DNA of 54,071 nt from Prorocentrum cordatum (GCA_963575745.1 CAUYUJ010000266.1:62001-116071); one strand, 5' to 3'. Positions 36,901-48,922 are shown, counted from the stretch's first letter. Program-made: numbers and translations. Notes: generated from the letters alone by a model not told the origin.

Positions 36901-39900
36901 CGAGGCTCCTTGTCAGCACAAGGAGTTGGATACCTTGCACGCGAATGTAGAACTGGCCGCAAGAGTGAAACCATGTCTTGCGAAGCCTTGGAGTGCATGT
37001 CGCTTGGCTCCGGGTCGTCAGGCCGAACATCAGGTAGCCGAGAACCGTGCTGATGATGCAGGGTCCTGTCTGGCACCTTGACGGGTTGCCTGGCCGCGAC
37101 ATGGGTGTCAACAATAATCTGTGTATCATGTTCCCCCATTTTGTGAATCCTTTTGGGGGTTGGCGGTGAAACGTTTGGGTTTGGGTGGAGAGTCGGGTGC
37201 GTCGGGGCGGGGTTCGTCGGGTCGGAGACGGGGTTGAAACGAGAAGAAAGAGTGGGTTTGGGAGCGCCGTCCTGGGCGTAAGTGAAGTCGAAGGTCGGAG
37301 ATAAAGCCGCATCTTCGTGCGCATGTCGCCGATGATGCCGGTCGCCAGCAGCTCCTTTGGAGTACTTTGTGGCTCCGTGAAAGAATTGATTATATGGTGA
37401 AACGGTTGGAAGCTGCCATCATTGTAGATCTCGCGCCGCTTTCCACTTCGCCATCAATGCTTGGACGCCTTCTTTGACGTCGTCTCCCTCCCCGTATGTG
37501 GTCAGCTGGCCGTCCTCGGTGACTTCTGCAATCAGCTTGCCTTTATACTTGATTGTACCTCTATCCCAAAATATGCGGATAGACTGCTGCGCAAGGCCCG
37601 TATTCATAAGCTGGTGCTTCACCTGCCCGAGTGTTTTGTCCACGCGGCGTTTTTCGATTGGGTCATTGTTTGTGTACCATAACTTGTCCTCATTTTTCCA
37701 CTCGGCCTCTTTGCCGCGCCACTTTTTCAAAAATCCTACTTTCCCGGCATGCGTCTTGAACTGTGCCATGCCCATGTCGCCCAGATCGCTGAAGGTGAAT
37801 GTGCTGTCGATATTGTCCATGACGCTGATTTCGTTGAGAATGTCGGTCATATGCTGGGTGATGTCCTTCTCTGGGATCTCCGACTCCAGTCCACCGAAGA
37901 TCACCTGTAAGTCCCTGTCGCTATCCTTGTAGATCACGGTGGAAGTTTTCTTCGTGATGGTGTTCCGTAGCTCGTTCGTGTCCTCATTGTTTCCCAACCA
38001 TCCTGTGGTGTTGGGTCCTCGTTTTGAAGAGACGGTGCCCCGCGTTCCTCTCCTCTCCTCTCCTCTCCTCTCCTCTCCTCTCCTCTCCTCCCCTCCTCCT
38101 CCTCCTCATCCTCCTCCTCCTCCTCCTTCTCCCTCCTCCCCCTCTTCCCTGCGTTTCACCCACCCAGTACAGCGCTTCGCAGCCCCATAGGAGCTCCACC
38201 GAAGGCCCCAGCGCCCGCGCCCGCATGCGTCACCCACACCCAATTCGGCACACCCCTCACACGCTTCGCGGCTCCATAGGGAGCTCCACCGAAGGCCCCA
38301 GTGCCCGCGCCCGCATGCGTCACCCACCCCCATTTCGGCACACCCCTCACACGTTTCGTGGCTCCATAGGGAGCTCCACCGAAGGCCCCAGTGCCCGCGC
38401 CCGCATGCGTCACCCACGCCCATTTCGGCACACCCCTCACACGTTTCGTGGCTCCATAGGGAGCTCCACCGAAGGCCCCAGTGCCCGCGCCCGCATGCGT
38501 CACCCACACCCATTTCGGCACACCCCTCACACGTTTCGTGGCTCCATAGGGAGCTCCACCGAAGGCCCCAGTGCCCGCGCCCGCATGCGTCACCCACACC
38601 CATTTCGGCACACCCCTCACACGTTTCGCTCCATCCATAGGGAGCTCCACCGAAGGCCCCAGTGCCCGCGCCCGCATGCGTCACCCACACCCACTTCGGC
38701 ACACCCCTCACACGTTTCGTGGCTCCATAGGGAGCTCCACCGAAGGCCCCAGTGCCCGCGCCCGCATGCGTCACCCACACCCATTTCGGCACACCCCTCA
38801 CACGCTTCGTGGCTCCATAGGGAGCTCCACCGAAGGCCCCAGTGCCCGCGCCCGCATGCGTCAACCACACCCATTTCGGCACACCCCTCACACGCTTCGT
38901 GGCTCCATAGGGAGCTCCGCCGAAGGCTCCAGTGCCCGCGCCCGCATGCGTCACCCACACCCATTTCGGCACACCCCTCACACGTTTCGTGGCTCCATAG
39001 GGAGCTCCACCGAAGGCCCCAGTGCCCGCGCCCGCTTGCGTCACCCACACCCATTTCGGCACACCCCTCACACGTTTCGTGGCTCCATAGGGAGCTCCAC
39101 CGAAGGCCCCAGTGCCCGCGCCCGCATGCGTCGCCCACACCCATTTCGGCACACCCCTCACACGCTTCGTGGCTCCATAGGGAGCTCCGCCGAAGGCCCC
39201 AATGCCCGCGCCGCGTGCGTCACCCACGCACCCATTTCGCGTCACAACCCCCTCACACGTTTCGTTGCTTCCATATTTTTTTTTTTTTTGGGAGCTTTTT
39301 TCCCCCCAAAAAACCGACGGCGGCAGTGCCCGGACGCTTTGCGTCAGCCACACACAGTTCGGCACACCACTCACACGTTTCGTGGCATCCATGGGGAGCT
39401 CCACGAAGCCCCGTGCCCGTCGCCCGCTTTGCTGTTCAGTGCATACCCATTTCGGACACCCTCAACACGGTTCGTGGACCCATTAGGGAGCTCCGCCGAA
39501 GGACCCAGTGCCCGCGCCCGCATGCGTCAGCCACACCCATGTCGGCACGCCCCTCACGCGCTCCGTGGCCCCATAGGGAGCTCCGCCGAAGGTCCCAGTG
39601 GGTGTGCCCGCATGCGTCCCGCACACCCATTTCGGCACACCCCTCGGCCCCAGCGCCCGCGCCCGCATGCGTCAACCACACCCATTTCGGCACACCCCTC
39701 AAACGTTTCGCGGTCCCATGGGGAGCGCCACTGAAGGCCCCAGTGCCCGCGCCCGCATGCGTCAGCCACACCCGTTTCGTCAACCCCCATCACACGTTTC
39801 GTGGCCGCACAGGGAGCTCCACCGAAGGCCCTAGTGGGTGTGCCCGCATGCGTCCCGCACACCCATTTCGGCACATCCCTCGTACGTTTCGTGGCCCCGT

Positions 39901-40477
39901 AGGGGGCTCCACCGAGAAGAGATTCACAATTGCAGTATTCACGATTGCATATGGTTGGGTCCTTCGCCAGGATGATTTTGGTGATCATTTTGTTGATGTC
40001 GTCAACTTGCCCTTGTAGCTGCGTTGCTGCTTCCATTGCTGAAGTCGCCGTGGTGGATGCTGGATTTGCGGTGTCGCGGATATCGTTGATGTCAATCGAG
40101 TGCAGGCGCACCATCTTGTAGAGATCGACGAGGATCTCCCTGTCCGACATCTTGGGGAGGTCGGGGTCGTTGCCCTTTTTGTGCTTGCCCTCCGGCGATT
40201 GACCCACTGTAGGTGCCTCCTTGCGGATCATTCCTCCAAAATCGAGCACGCAAGAGAAGTCAACAATCGAGTGCACAATCAGTAGAAAGAGTATCGAGCG
40301 AGCGAGCGGGCGAAGGGGAAGGGGGGGAGAAGCGGCGACGGGAGGAAGGGCGGGGCGGACACGCAGGGGCGAAGGTGCGATGGAGGAGAGGGGGAAGGAG
40401 GGAAGAGGGGAGAGAGGAGAGGAGGACGAGGGGAGGGAGGACGAGAGAGGACGGAAGGAGGGGGAGGAAAAGGGGAA
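34000..40477 (-). mobile_element. RTE-type LINE, copy 2 (ORF2 remnants 34000-37139; ORF1 37419-40231 split by an insertion)
   Basis: Colinear with 11645-16137; shares the EESAK-stop and the same 3' break. Confidence 0.9.
37993..39975 (+). mobile_element. HINE-like element, family B subfamily 2 (90-bp array ~19 units), inserted in LINE ORF1
   Basis: TTT|CCCAACCATcctgtggtGTTGGG..(TCCTC)n..array..ATGGTTGGG-TCCT-tcgcc-AGGA-tga|TTTT. The empty site in copy 1 is ctcattgttttttgtgatc (~15628-15646). Confidence 0.88.
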
Positions 40478-41411
40478 CGATCGTGGGCGTCTTGGTGTGG
40501 TCTTAGGCGTCTCGAGGCACGCTTGGACCGACATGGGCGCGTCTTGGGGCAATGTTTGGAGCCTCTTGGGCTGTCTTGGTTGCTACTGGGCCGTCGTTGG
40601 GGCCTCTTGGGCCGTCTTGGGGCTCTCTTGGGAGCCTCTTGGACCAGCTTGGGACGGTCTTGGGGGCCTCTTGGGCCGTCTTGGAGCGTCGGGACGACGA
40701 AAAAAGGAGGAAGCCAAAAACGCTTAAAAGCCTGAAGGGAAGCAATGAGTTTGGCTGTTTGGGTCCCTCTTGGGAATGCTCTTGGGGTTGTCTTGGGACG
40801 TCTTGGACGCAACTTGGGCCATCCGGGAACCATCTTGGGCGTCTTGGAACGGTCTTAGGCGCGTCGGGGCACGCCTTGACCGTCTTCGACGCCTCTTGGG
40901 CCGTGTTTGCAAGCTCTTGGGCGGTCTCAGGCGCCTATTGGGTTGTTGTTAAGCCCTCTTGGACCGTTTTGGGGCGCTCTCGGGGGCCTCTTGGGCGATC
41001 TTGGGACGGTCTTGGGGACTTCGTGGGCTGTCTTGGAGGGTCGGGACGACGAAAAAACAAGAAAACCAAACACCTGCAAAAACCAGCGGAATTCAATGAA
41101 TTCGGCCTCTTGCAGCCCTCTTGGGAATGCTCTTGGGGCTCTCTTGGGACGTCTTGGAGGCCTCTTGTGCCATCTGGGAGCCATCTTATCTTGGGCGTCT
41201 TGGAGCGGTCTTAGGCGCGTCGAGGCACGCTTTGACCGTCTTCGACGCCTCTTGGGCCGTGTTTTCAAGCTCCTGGGCGGTCTTAGGCGCCTATTGGGTT
41301 GTTTTTAAGCCCTCTTGGGCCGTCTTGGGGGCGCTCTTGGGGGCCTTTTGGGCGATCTTGGGACGGTGTTGGGGAATTCGTGGGCTGTCTTGGATGGTCG
41401 GGACGACGAAA

Positions 41412-43536
41412 TTAGCCTGACGAAGGACCCAACCATGTGCAGGTGTGAATACCGCTGTTGACACTACCAATTTCGGTGGGGCTCCCTATAGGGCCACGAA
41501 ACGTGTGAAGGGGATGGGTGTGCGGGACGCATGCGGGCGGCAGCACTGGGGCCTTCGGTGGAGCTCCCTATGGGGCCACGAAACGCGTGAGGAAGTTGAC
41601 GACATGGGTGTGGCTGACGCATGCGGGCGCGGGCACTGGGGCCTTCGGTGGAGCTCCCTATGGGACCACGAAACGTTTGACGGGTGTGCCGACATGGGTG
41701 TGGGTGACGCATGCGGGCGCGGGCACTGGGGCCTTCGGTGGAGCTCCCTATGGGGCCACGAAACGTGTGAGGGGTGTGCCGACGCATCCCGGATGCGGGG
41801 CCACGAAACGTGTGAGGGGTGTGCCCCTGACGCATGCGGGCGCGGGCACTGGGCCTTCGGCGGAGCTCCCTATGGGGCCACGAAACGTGTGAGGGGTGTG
41901 CCGAAATGGGTGTGGCGTGACGCATGCGGGCGCGGGCACTGGGCCTTCGGTGGAGCTTCCTATGGAGCCACGAAACGTGTGAGGGGTGTGCCGAAATGGG
42001 TGTGGGTGACGCATGCGGGCGCGGGCACTGGGGCCTTCGGTGGAGCTCCCTATGGAGCCACGAAACGTGTGAGGGGTGTGCCGAAATGGGTGTGGCTGGA
42101 CGCATGCGGCGCGGGCACTGGGGCCTTCGGTGGAGCTCCCTATGGGAGCCACGAAACGTGTGAGGGGTGTGCCGAAATGGGTGTGGCTGGCGCATGCGGG
42201 CGCGGGCACTGGGGCCTTCGGTGGAGCTCCCTATGGAGCCACGAAACGTGTGAGGGGTGTGCCGAAATGGGTGTGGGTGACGCATGCGGGCGCGGGCACT
42301 GGGGCCTTCGGCGGAGCTTCCTACGTGTGAGGGGTGTGCCGAAATGTGTGGCTGACGCAATGGGGCCATCGTGGAGCTCCCAATGAGCCACGAAACGTTG
42401 TGAGGGGGTGCCGACCATTCGGGCGAGGGCACTTTGCCTTCGTGTGGACACCCTATGGAGCCACGAACTGTGAGGGGTGTGCCGAAATGGGTGTGGCTGA
42501 CGCATGCGGGCGCGGGCACTGGGGCCTTCGGTGGAGCTCCCTATGGAGCCACGAAACGTGTGAGGGGTGTGCCGAAATGGGTGTGGGGGACGCATGCGGC
42601 CGCGGGCACTGGGGCCTTCGGTGGAGCTCCCTATGGAGCCACGAAACGTGTGAGGGGTGTGCCGAAATGGGTGTGGGTGACGCATGCGGCGCGGGCACTG
42701 GGTCTTCGGCGGAGCTCCCTATTGGAGCCACGAAACGTGTGAGGGGTGTGCCGAAATGGGTGTGGGTGACGCATGCGGGCGCGGGCACTGGGGCCTTCGG
42801 TGGAGCTCCCTATGGAGCCACGAAACGTGTGAGGGGTGTGCCGAAATGGGTGTGGGTGACGCATGCGGGCGCGGGCACTGGGGCCTTCGGTGGAGCTCCC
42901 TATGGAGCCACGAAACGTGTGAGGGGTGTGCCGAAATGGGTGTGGGTGACGCATGCGGGCGCGGGCACTGGGGCCTTCGGTGGAGCTCCCTATGGAGCCA
43001 CGAAACGTGTGAGGGGTGTGCCGAAATGGGTGTGGGTGACGCATGCGGCGCGGGCACTGGGGCCTTCGGTGGAGCTCCCTATGGAGCCACGAAACGTGTG
43101 AGGGGTGTGCCGAAATGGGTGTGGGTGACGCATGCGGGCGCGGGCACTGGGGCCTTCGGTGGAGCTCCCTATGGAGCCACGAAACGTGTGAGGGGTGTGC
43201 CGAAATGGGTATGGGTGACGCATGCGGGCGCGGGCACTGGGGCCTTTCGGTGGAGCTCCCTATGGAGCCACGAAGCGTGTGAGGGGTGTGCCGAAATGGG
43301 TGTGGGTGACGCATGCGGGCGCGGGCACTGGGGCCTTCGGTGGAGCTCCCTATGGAGCCACGAAGCGGTGTACTGGGTGGGTGAAGAGGAGAGGAGGAGA
43401 GGAGAGGAGGAGAGAGGAGAGGAGAGGAGAGGAGAGGAGAGGAGAGGAGAGGAGAGGAGAGGAGAGGAGAGGAGAGGAGAGGAACGCGGGGCACCGTCTC
43501 TTCAAAACGAGGACCCAACACCACAGGTTGGTTGGG
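41412..43536 (-). mobile_element. HINE-like element, family B subfamily 2 (90-bp array ~21 units)
   Basis: Same ends in reverse orientation. It splits gacgacgaaa|aaacaagaaaacc, which is intact at ~17058-17080. Confidence 0.88.
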
Positions 43537-43816
43537 AAAAACAAGAAAACCAAAAACCTGCAAAAACAACGGAAATCAATGATTTTGGCCTCTTGCAGCC
43601 CTGTTGGGAATGCTTTTGGGGCTCTCTGGGGACATCTTGGAGGCCTCTGGGGCCGTCTGGGAGCCATCTTGGGCGTCTTGGATCGATCGTAAGCGTCTCG
43701 AGGCACGCTTGGACCGTCTTCGGCGCCTCTTGGGCCGGACAAGGGCGCTCCCGGAGGCCCGATCCCGCCATGGGGGGTTGCGGTCCCGGCCAGGGAGCCC
43801 CCGGCTCTGTAGCCCG

Positions 43817-43857
<41 letters not shown>

Positions 43858-43858
<1 letters not shown>

Positions 43859-43895
43859 TAGATACTAGAACCACGCGCGCGCGCTTCGCGCGCGC
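43858..43895 (-). mobile_element. Helitron-like 3' terminus
   Basis: Minus strand: 9-bp-stem hairpin GCGCGCGCG-AAG-CGCGCGCGC, 13 nt, CTAG, then T of the (TA)n tract. Confidence 0.55.
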
Positions 43896-44626
43896 TTAGG
43901 TTCTGGCTAGGATTGTCACCGCTCTCTGGGAGTTTGACGTAGCTTCTCGGGAGCCTCGTAACCTGTCGGGGGCCTCCTGGAAGCAGGTTCGAAGCAAATT
44001 TTGGGGGCCGATTTGGGGCTTCTGGGGGGCCTTCTTTGGGCCTCTTGGGGGTCTCCTGGGGCCTCTTGAGGGGCCTCCTTGGGGCCTCCTGGCGGCCTCT
44101 TGGGGCGGAAGGCTCGAGCTTGCGGTTCGTGGTCCCCCTCTGGGCCCCCTCTGGGGCCCGTCTTGGGGCCCTCTTGGGCCATCTTGGGCGCCTCTTGGGC
44201 CGTCTTGGGGCCCTCTTGGGCTGTCCTGGGGCCCTCTTGGAAGCTTCTTGGGCCGTCTTGGGGCGGTCTTGGGCGCCTCTTGGGCCGTCCTGTAACGTCG
44301 GAAAGCCCAAAAGGCAACTCTGTGAAAAATGTACGTTTTACGAAGGGAATTGGCCAATTTTTGCGTCTAGGGGCCCTCTTGGGACGCATGTTGGAGGCTT
44401 CTTTGGGCGTCTTGGGGGCGTCCTTGGACGTCTGGAGGCCATCGTCAGCATCTCGGAGCCCTCTTGGAGGCCTCTTGGAAGTTTCTTGGGCCGTCTTGGG
44501 CGCTTCTGGGGCCGTCTTGTCTGACCGGGGAGGCCTCTGGCAAGCCCCGACGAGCCTCTGGGCCCCCCGGGGCCCACTTTTGTGGTCGAGGTCCCGGCCC
44601 CGGGCCCCCGGACCCGGTGCGCCGTT

Positions 44627-45363
44627 ATATGTATACACATATGCGCACGTACACACATACACATGTACATACATGCATACAAACATACATGCATACATAC
44701 ATACATTACATGCAGTGCTTACGTACAGACTTACATGCATCCATACATCCAAGCATGCATACATGCATGCAAGCATGCACATGTACATGCACAGTCACAT
44801 ACACACATACATACACACGTACATACACACACATACATACTACATACATACATACATACATACATACATACATACATACATACATACGTACGTACGTACG
44901 TACATGCATACATACATGCGTACAATCATACATACATACATACATATATACATACATACATACATACATACATACATACATACATACATACATACATACA
45001 TACATACATACAGACATACATACATACATGCATGCATGCATGCATGCATGCATGCATGCAATCATTCACACATACACACATGCACACATACATACATACA
45101 TGCATACATACGTACATACACCATCCATCCGTCCATCCATACATGCATCCATCAATCCATCCGTCCGTCCGTCCGTCCGTCCATACATAAATACATACAT
45201 ACATTCACACATACATACACACAGTACATAGATACATGCATACATGCATGCATACATGCATACACGTATACATTCATGCATGCATACATGCATAGTTGCA
45301 TGCATACGTACATACATACCGGCATTCGTGTGTATATATATATGTATATATATATATATATAT
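44627..45363. repeat. Compound (CATA)n/(CATG)n/(TA)n microsatellite
   Basis: Direct inspection. Confidence 0.95.
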
Positions 45364-45548
45364 GAGCACATCTATGTATGTGTGCTTGTAGCCCCTTCCC
45401 CTTGCCCGCCTTTCTACTGAGCCCCTCTGCGCCCGCCCTGCGCCTAGCGACCCCTTCCGTTCCATCGTCGGGGCAGCGTTGCAAGGTCCCCCGGCTCAAT
45501 GCCCTCGCCCCCCATCGCCACGTCTCACCACCATCGCAGCTGCATTCG

Positions 45549-45570
45549 CCTGCGGCTATTTTGGCTCAAA
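45549..45570 (+). promoter_or_regulatory. Possible orphan spliced-leader relic
   Basis: CCTGCGGCTATTTTGGCTCAAA matches DinoSL at 16 of 22 positions, including the core ATTTTGGCTCAA. No convincing ORF downstream. Confidence 0.45.
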
Positions 45571-46235
45571 CAGTGGCTCCCGAGAGCGGCATCCAGTCGC
45601 TGTTATTGTCTCGCCCCCCCTACCCGACGAACACCTCGCGGGCGGCCAGGCTGAGCCGCGATGCCGCTAAGGAGGCGTAGAGTGGAGAGAAGGGGTAGCT
45701 GACTTAGCATAGTTAGTCTACTTTTACGCAGGGGAGACTTGGCCAGCTTAGAAAACTGCAGCTTTGAAGCGCGCTTGTGCGCTTTATTGTTTCAGTCGCA
45801 TGTGCTTGTTTTCAGACATGCATATGTACTGGGAATCCATAAGAAAAACAGGCGCAATAACAATTTCAACACCGCGAACGATGTATGTCCACCATGGTCC
45901 AATTACAAAATGGCGGCGCAACGCCAGTTTCTTGCGACAACGTTATCGTTATCCGAGAGATTGCCTGGCAACTTACACTGCGTTGCACCACCATTCTTCG
46001 ACGCCGATGCGCTCGTGCTATCGGGGGCCATGACCCAATCCCTTGCCTCGACGGTCCGGTGCAGTGGCCCCGGCCCATAAAGATGTGCCCAACTCTTCGC
46101 GCCGCTCGACGACCCCGGGGGCCCCCGTGGGCGGCCTCGTCGGGGGGGCCCTGGAGACCTTCTGGGCCCCCCACGAAGAGCCGCGGGGCCACCTCCGGCA
46201 ACACCCGGCAACCTCAGCAGAAGAGGAAACGTCTA

Positions 46236-46414
46236 CTCCAGATTTCGTAGTAAAGGGAGGGGGGTCTCATTTCGGGGGGGGGTCTCTTCCAGGCTATCTT
46301 GGAGGGCCTGGGGGGTCTGGGGACGATGTTTTGGAGGGTTCTCCCACGGGGGAGGTCTGAAATGGCTTGTCTTGGAGGGTCCAGACCCCCTCCCTTTTAT
46401 TACAAAATCTGGAG
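46236..46414. mobile_element. 179-bp MITE with TA TSD (Tc1/mariner-like)
   Basis: ~31-bp TIRs CTCCAGATTTCGTAGTAAAGGGAGGGGGTCT / AGACCCCCTCCCTTTTATTACAAAATCTGGAG, with TA on both sides. The related locus at ~49480 lacks it. Confidence 0.8.
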
Positions 46415-46418
46415 TAAC

Positions 46419-46665
46419 CTTTTGGCGCTGCCCGCGGACTTTCTGGATCTGCGCTGCACCTCCCTCCCCCTGGCGCGCGGGGCGCACCAGGGGCGGCGCC
46501 GGAGGCGCCGCGGGGGGGGGCCCAGAGCGGATCCGAGGAGGCCGCGCGGAGCGCCAAGAGTTTATGCTCATGGCTTTTCCCTGTCTCGATGCACGATGAC
46601 ACGCGCGGCCCAGGGGCGCCGATGGCGCATGCCTTCGGCGAGGCTCCCGGGCAAGCGCGTGCCAC
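46419..46665. repeat. GC-rich palindromic module, diverged copy of 49487-49725
   Basis: ttttggcgct..ggatctgcgctg / cagagcggatcc..agcgccaagag, followed by the shared ggcgcatgccttcggcgaggctcccgggc. Confidence 0.7.
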
Positions 46666-46987
46666 GTCCGCCCCGGGGCTGCGGCCAGGGCGCGGAGCCG
46701 AGGAGGCCCAGCGGGCCAGGCCGGGCCGGCACGGCGCGGCAGCCGCCGGGGCGCCGCGGGGCCCCCGCGCGCGGCCGCAGCCGCCGCAGCCGCGCCGCCG
46801 CCGCCGTCCTCGCCGTCGTCGAGGTCGTCGCTGTCGGCCTCGGGCCTGGCCTCGACGTCGTCGACGGCGGGGTTCGTCGTCGGGCTGAGGCGCCGCGCGC
46901 AGAAAGAGCTGCGAGGCGAGACCAAGAGGGAAACGTTTGGTGGCAACTCACGGGGGCCTCCCATGCCATCCTGTCGGCTCTTGCGAA

Positions 46988-47110
46988 TCGACGCTCGTCG
47001 ACGCTAATTCGACGCTAATCGACGCAAAATAAAAGCTAATCGACGCTAGACGATGCTAAATCGGCGCTATCCCATCGACCCTCAAACGCTAATCGACGCT
47101 GGTCGACGCT
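46988..47110. repeat. Cluster of TCGACGC(T) motifs
   Basis: Seven TCGACGC copies plus variants in 120 bp. Confidence 0.7.
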
Positions 47111-47385
47111 GAAGACGAAATTGGATGAATATACCAGGCTCCCACGATTTGCTACCGAACAAACGACATCGGTATGAGATAAATCGCCGACCAGGGCTGC
47201 TGACGGTGGCGCCGATGGGCTCGACACTCGACAGTCTCTCCACGATCACGGGCGAAGCCACAGGGTGCGAGTCCGCTCTGCGGCGGGAGCTTGTCGACCT
47301 GGCCCTTCGCAGCATCATCACAACCTTGGGGCCACCAATGTCCAAACAATCGTGACGCGCAGGTGAGCCGTCACACCGGAGGAGG

Positions 47386-48130
47386 TTAGGTCAGGTCAGG
47401 TCAGGTCAGGAAGTCCTCGAAAGCTTCTCAAGAGAAGGCTACCGGGGGGTGAAGCACTTAAGCACCAGCCCAGGGCCCCCAGGTGGGGGCAGCAAAACAT
47501 GGCCATGGGTTGGCCCATGAGTCCAGAAAGGCGGAGGAGGAGGAAGCGGAAACGGAAGCGGAGCGCGCTGAGTCCGCCGGCCGGCCGGCGGGCCCCATTA
47601 GGAGCAGCGCGCGTTGGGCCAGGGCCCGCTCACTGAATGTGGTGGAGGAAGTCGTCTTCCCAACAGTCCCAAAGTATTTGATCACATGCCTAGTCCAACC
47701 AATGTTGAGTGATTCCCCCAATTCGACTTCGTACAAATTGGGATATGTCGTCGCACCACCTCTTGCGTGGTCTTCCATGCCTGCGCTGCGCTATCCGAGT
47801 GTCGTGGACTTCTGGCTCCCACGCTGCCGCAAGTCTTGTCCACCTGTGGCGCGATTGCGTTGCCACTCGTTTTGCCCAACGCCATTGTCGTTTGTGGTGT
47901 ATGGTTGTCCACTCGACCACATGAAAACGGGCAGCAGCGAGATCTGTGGCCGCATGCGTGGCTCTGCGGGTGAACTCTTCCCACGGCTCGAGGTCTGCGT
48001 CGTCTTCGACGTCGTCGAAATCAAGTTTCCGTCTTGCGTCGCTCGTGCTGTCGCTGGTGCTGTCGTCTGCTCGGTCAGGGTTTGGAGTGGGCGTCGTCGT
48101 CGGCTGCTGCAATATGTTGGGTGTTCTCCC
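47386..48130 (-). mobile_element. RTE-type LINE 3' fragment with (CCTGA)4 tail
   Basis: LEPWEEFTRRATH..QWRWAKRV..W..RRHGRPRKRWCDDI is typical of RTE ORF2 C-termini. Short-repeat tail at 47391-47410. Confidence 0.78.
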
Positions 48131-48922
48131 GCTCGAAGAGCTAAAAACCAGCTCGAAGAGAAGAGGACGGACGGCCAACAGCGGGAGACGAACGAAATCC
48201 CATCCAGGGCCTAAGAGAAGTCCGCTGTCCCTCAGGGGGGCTATCCCCAGAAGGCACTGCCAGCAGACGAGTGAGGAGGAGAAGGAGGAGGAGGAGGACG
48301 AGGAGGAGGAGGAGGGACGAGGAGGAGGAGAAAGAGGAGGAGGAGGAGGAGGAGGAGGAGGAGGAGGACGAGGACGGGGAGGAGGACGGGGAGGAGGAGA
48401 AGCGGGCAGCCCCTTCCCTGCTGACGCTACAGTCGGTGCGCGGGCGATCGAGGAGCAGGGCGGTGTGGGAGCTGCGCCCTTGCCGGCAGCGAGGCAAGGG
48501 CAACGGGCAGCACTCTCGAGGGCCAACGTGAAGGGGGGACTGGGTCGGGGGGCGCAACTAACATCGAACCCGCCTCCCCCTCCCCCTTACCCCCTCCTCC
48601 CTCCTCCTCCTCCTCCTCCTCCTCCTCCTCCTCCTCCTCCTCCTTCTCGCCGATAGAGGGCTCCTATCGGCGATGAAATGGGCGATTGGGGGTCTGTGCA
48701 CCCTGTCCTGAGCATATCCTCCCAAAGTGCTGCCCCTTGGTCGGGCTATAACTCGGCTCTCCGGCGGCCGTTCGGGACGTTCCGGGCACCCACGGAACGC
48801 TCTCAACGTCGCGCAGCTGCTGGAGAACACCCCGAAGCTGAAAAGCCGCCGGACACCTACGAAAACACATGAAAACCTCTGCCCTCGAAGCCTTCCCGCA
48901 TACCGTTGCCCCCGATCCACCG

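Larger units (their letters stand above)
18780..43857 (+). repeat. Tandem segmental duplicate of ~1-17430, with copy-specific insertions
   Basis: Same order and orientation: FG-GAP gene, satellite, family A element, family B element, RTE LINE, 355-bp repeat, (TA)n. Confidence 0.92.

Noticed and set aside
41412..41490. Hammerhead ribozyme core (CTGACGA ... GAAAC)
   Set aside because: CTGANGA is not conserved in the sibling elements (CTGGCGA, CGGGCGA) and no consistent stems were found.
1..43857. Diversity-generating retroelement acting on the FG-GAP loops
   Set aside because: The nearby RTs are LINE-type with APE domains. No template/variable repeat pair was found, and the changes are not adenine-specific.
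44079..45499. His/Thr/Tyr/Ile- or Cys/Met-rich ORFs (also 51100-52161)
   Set aside because: Translations of (CATA)n/(CATG)n microsatellites.
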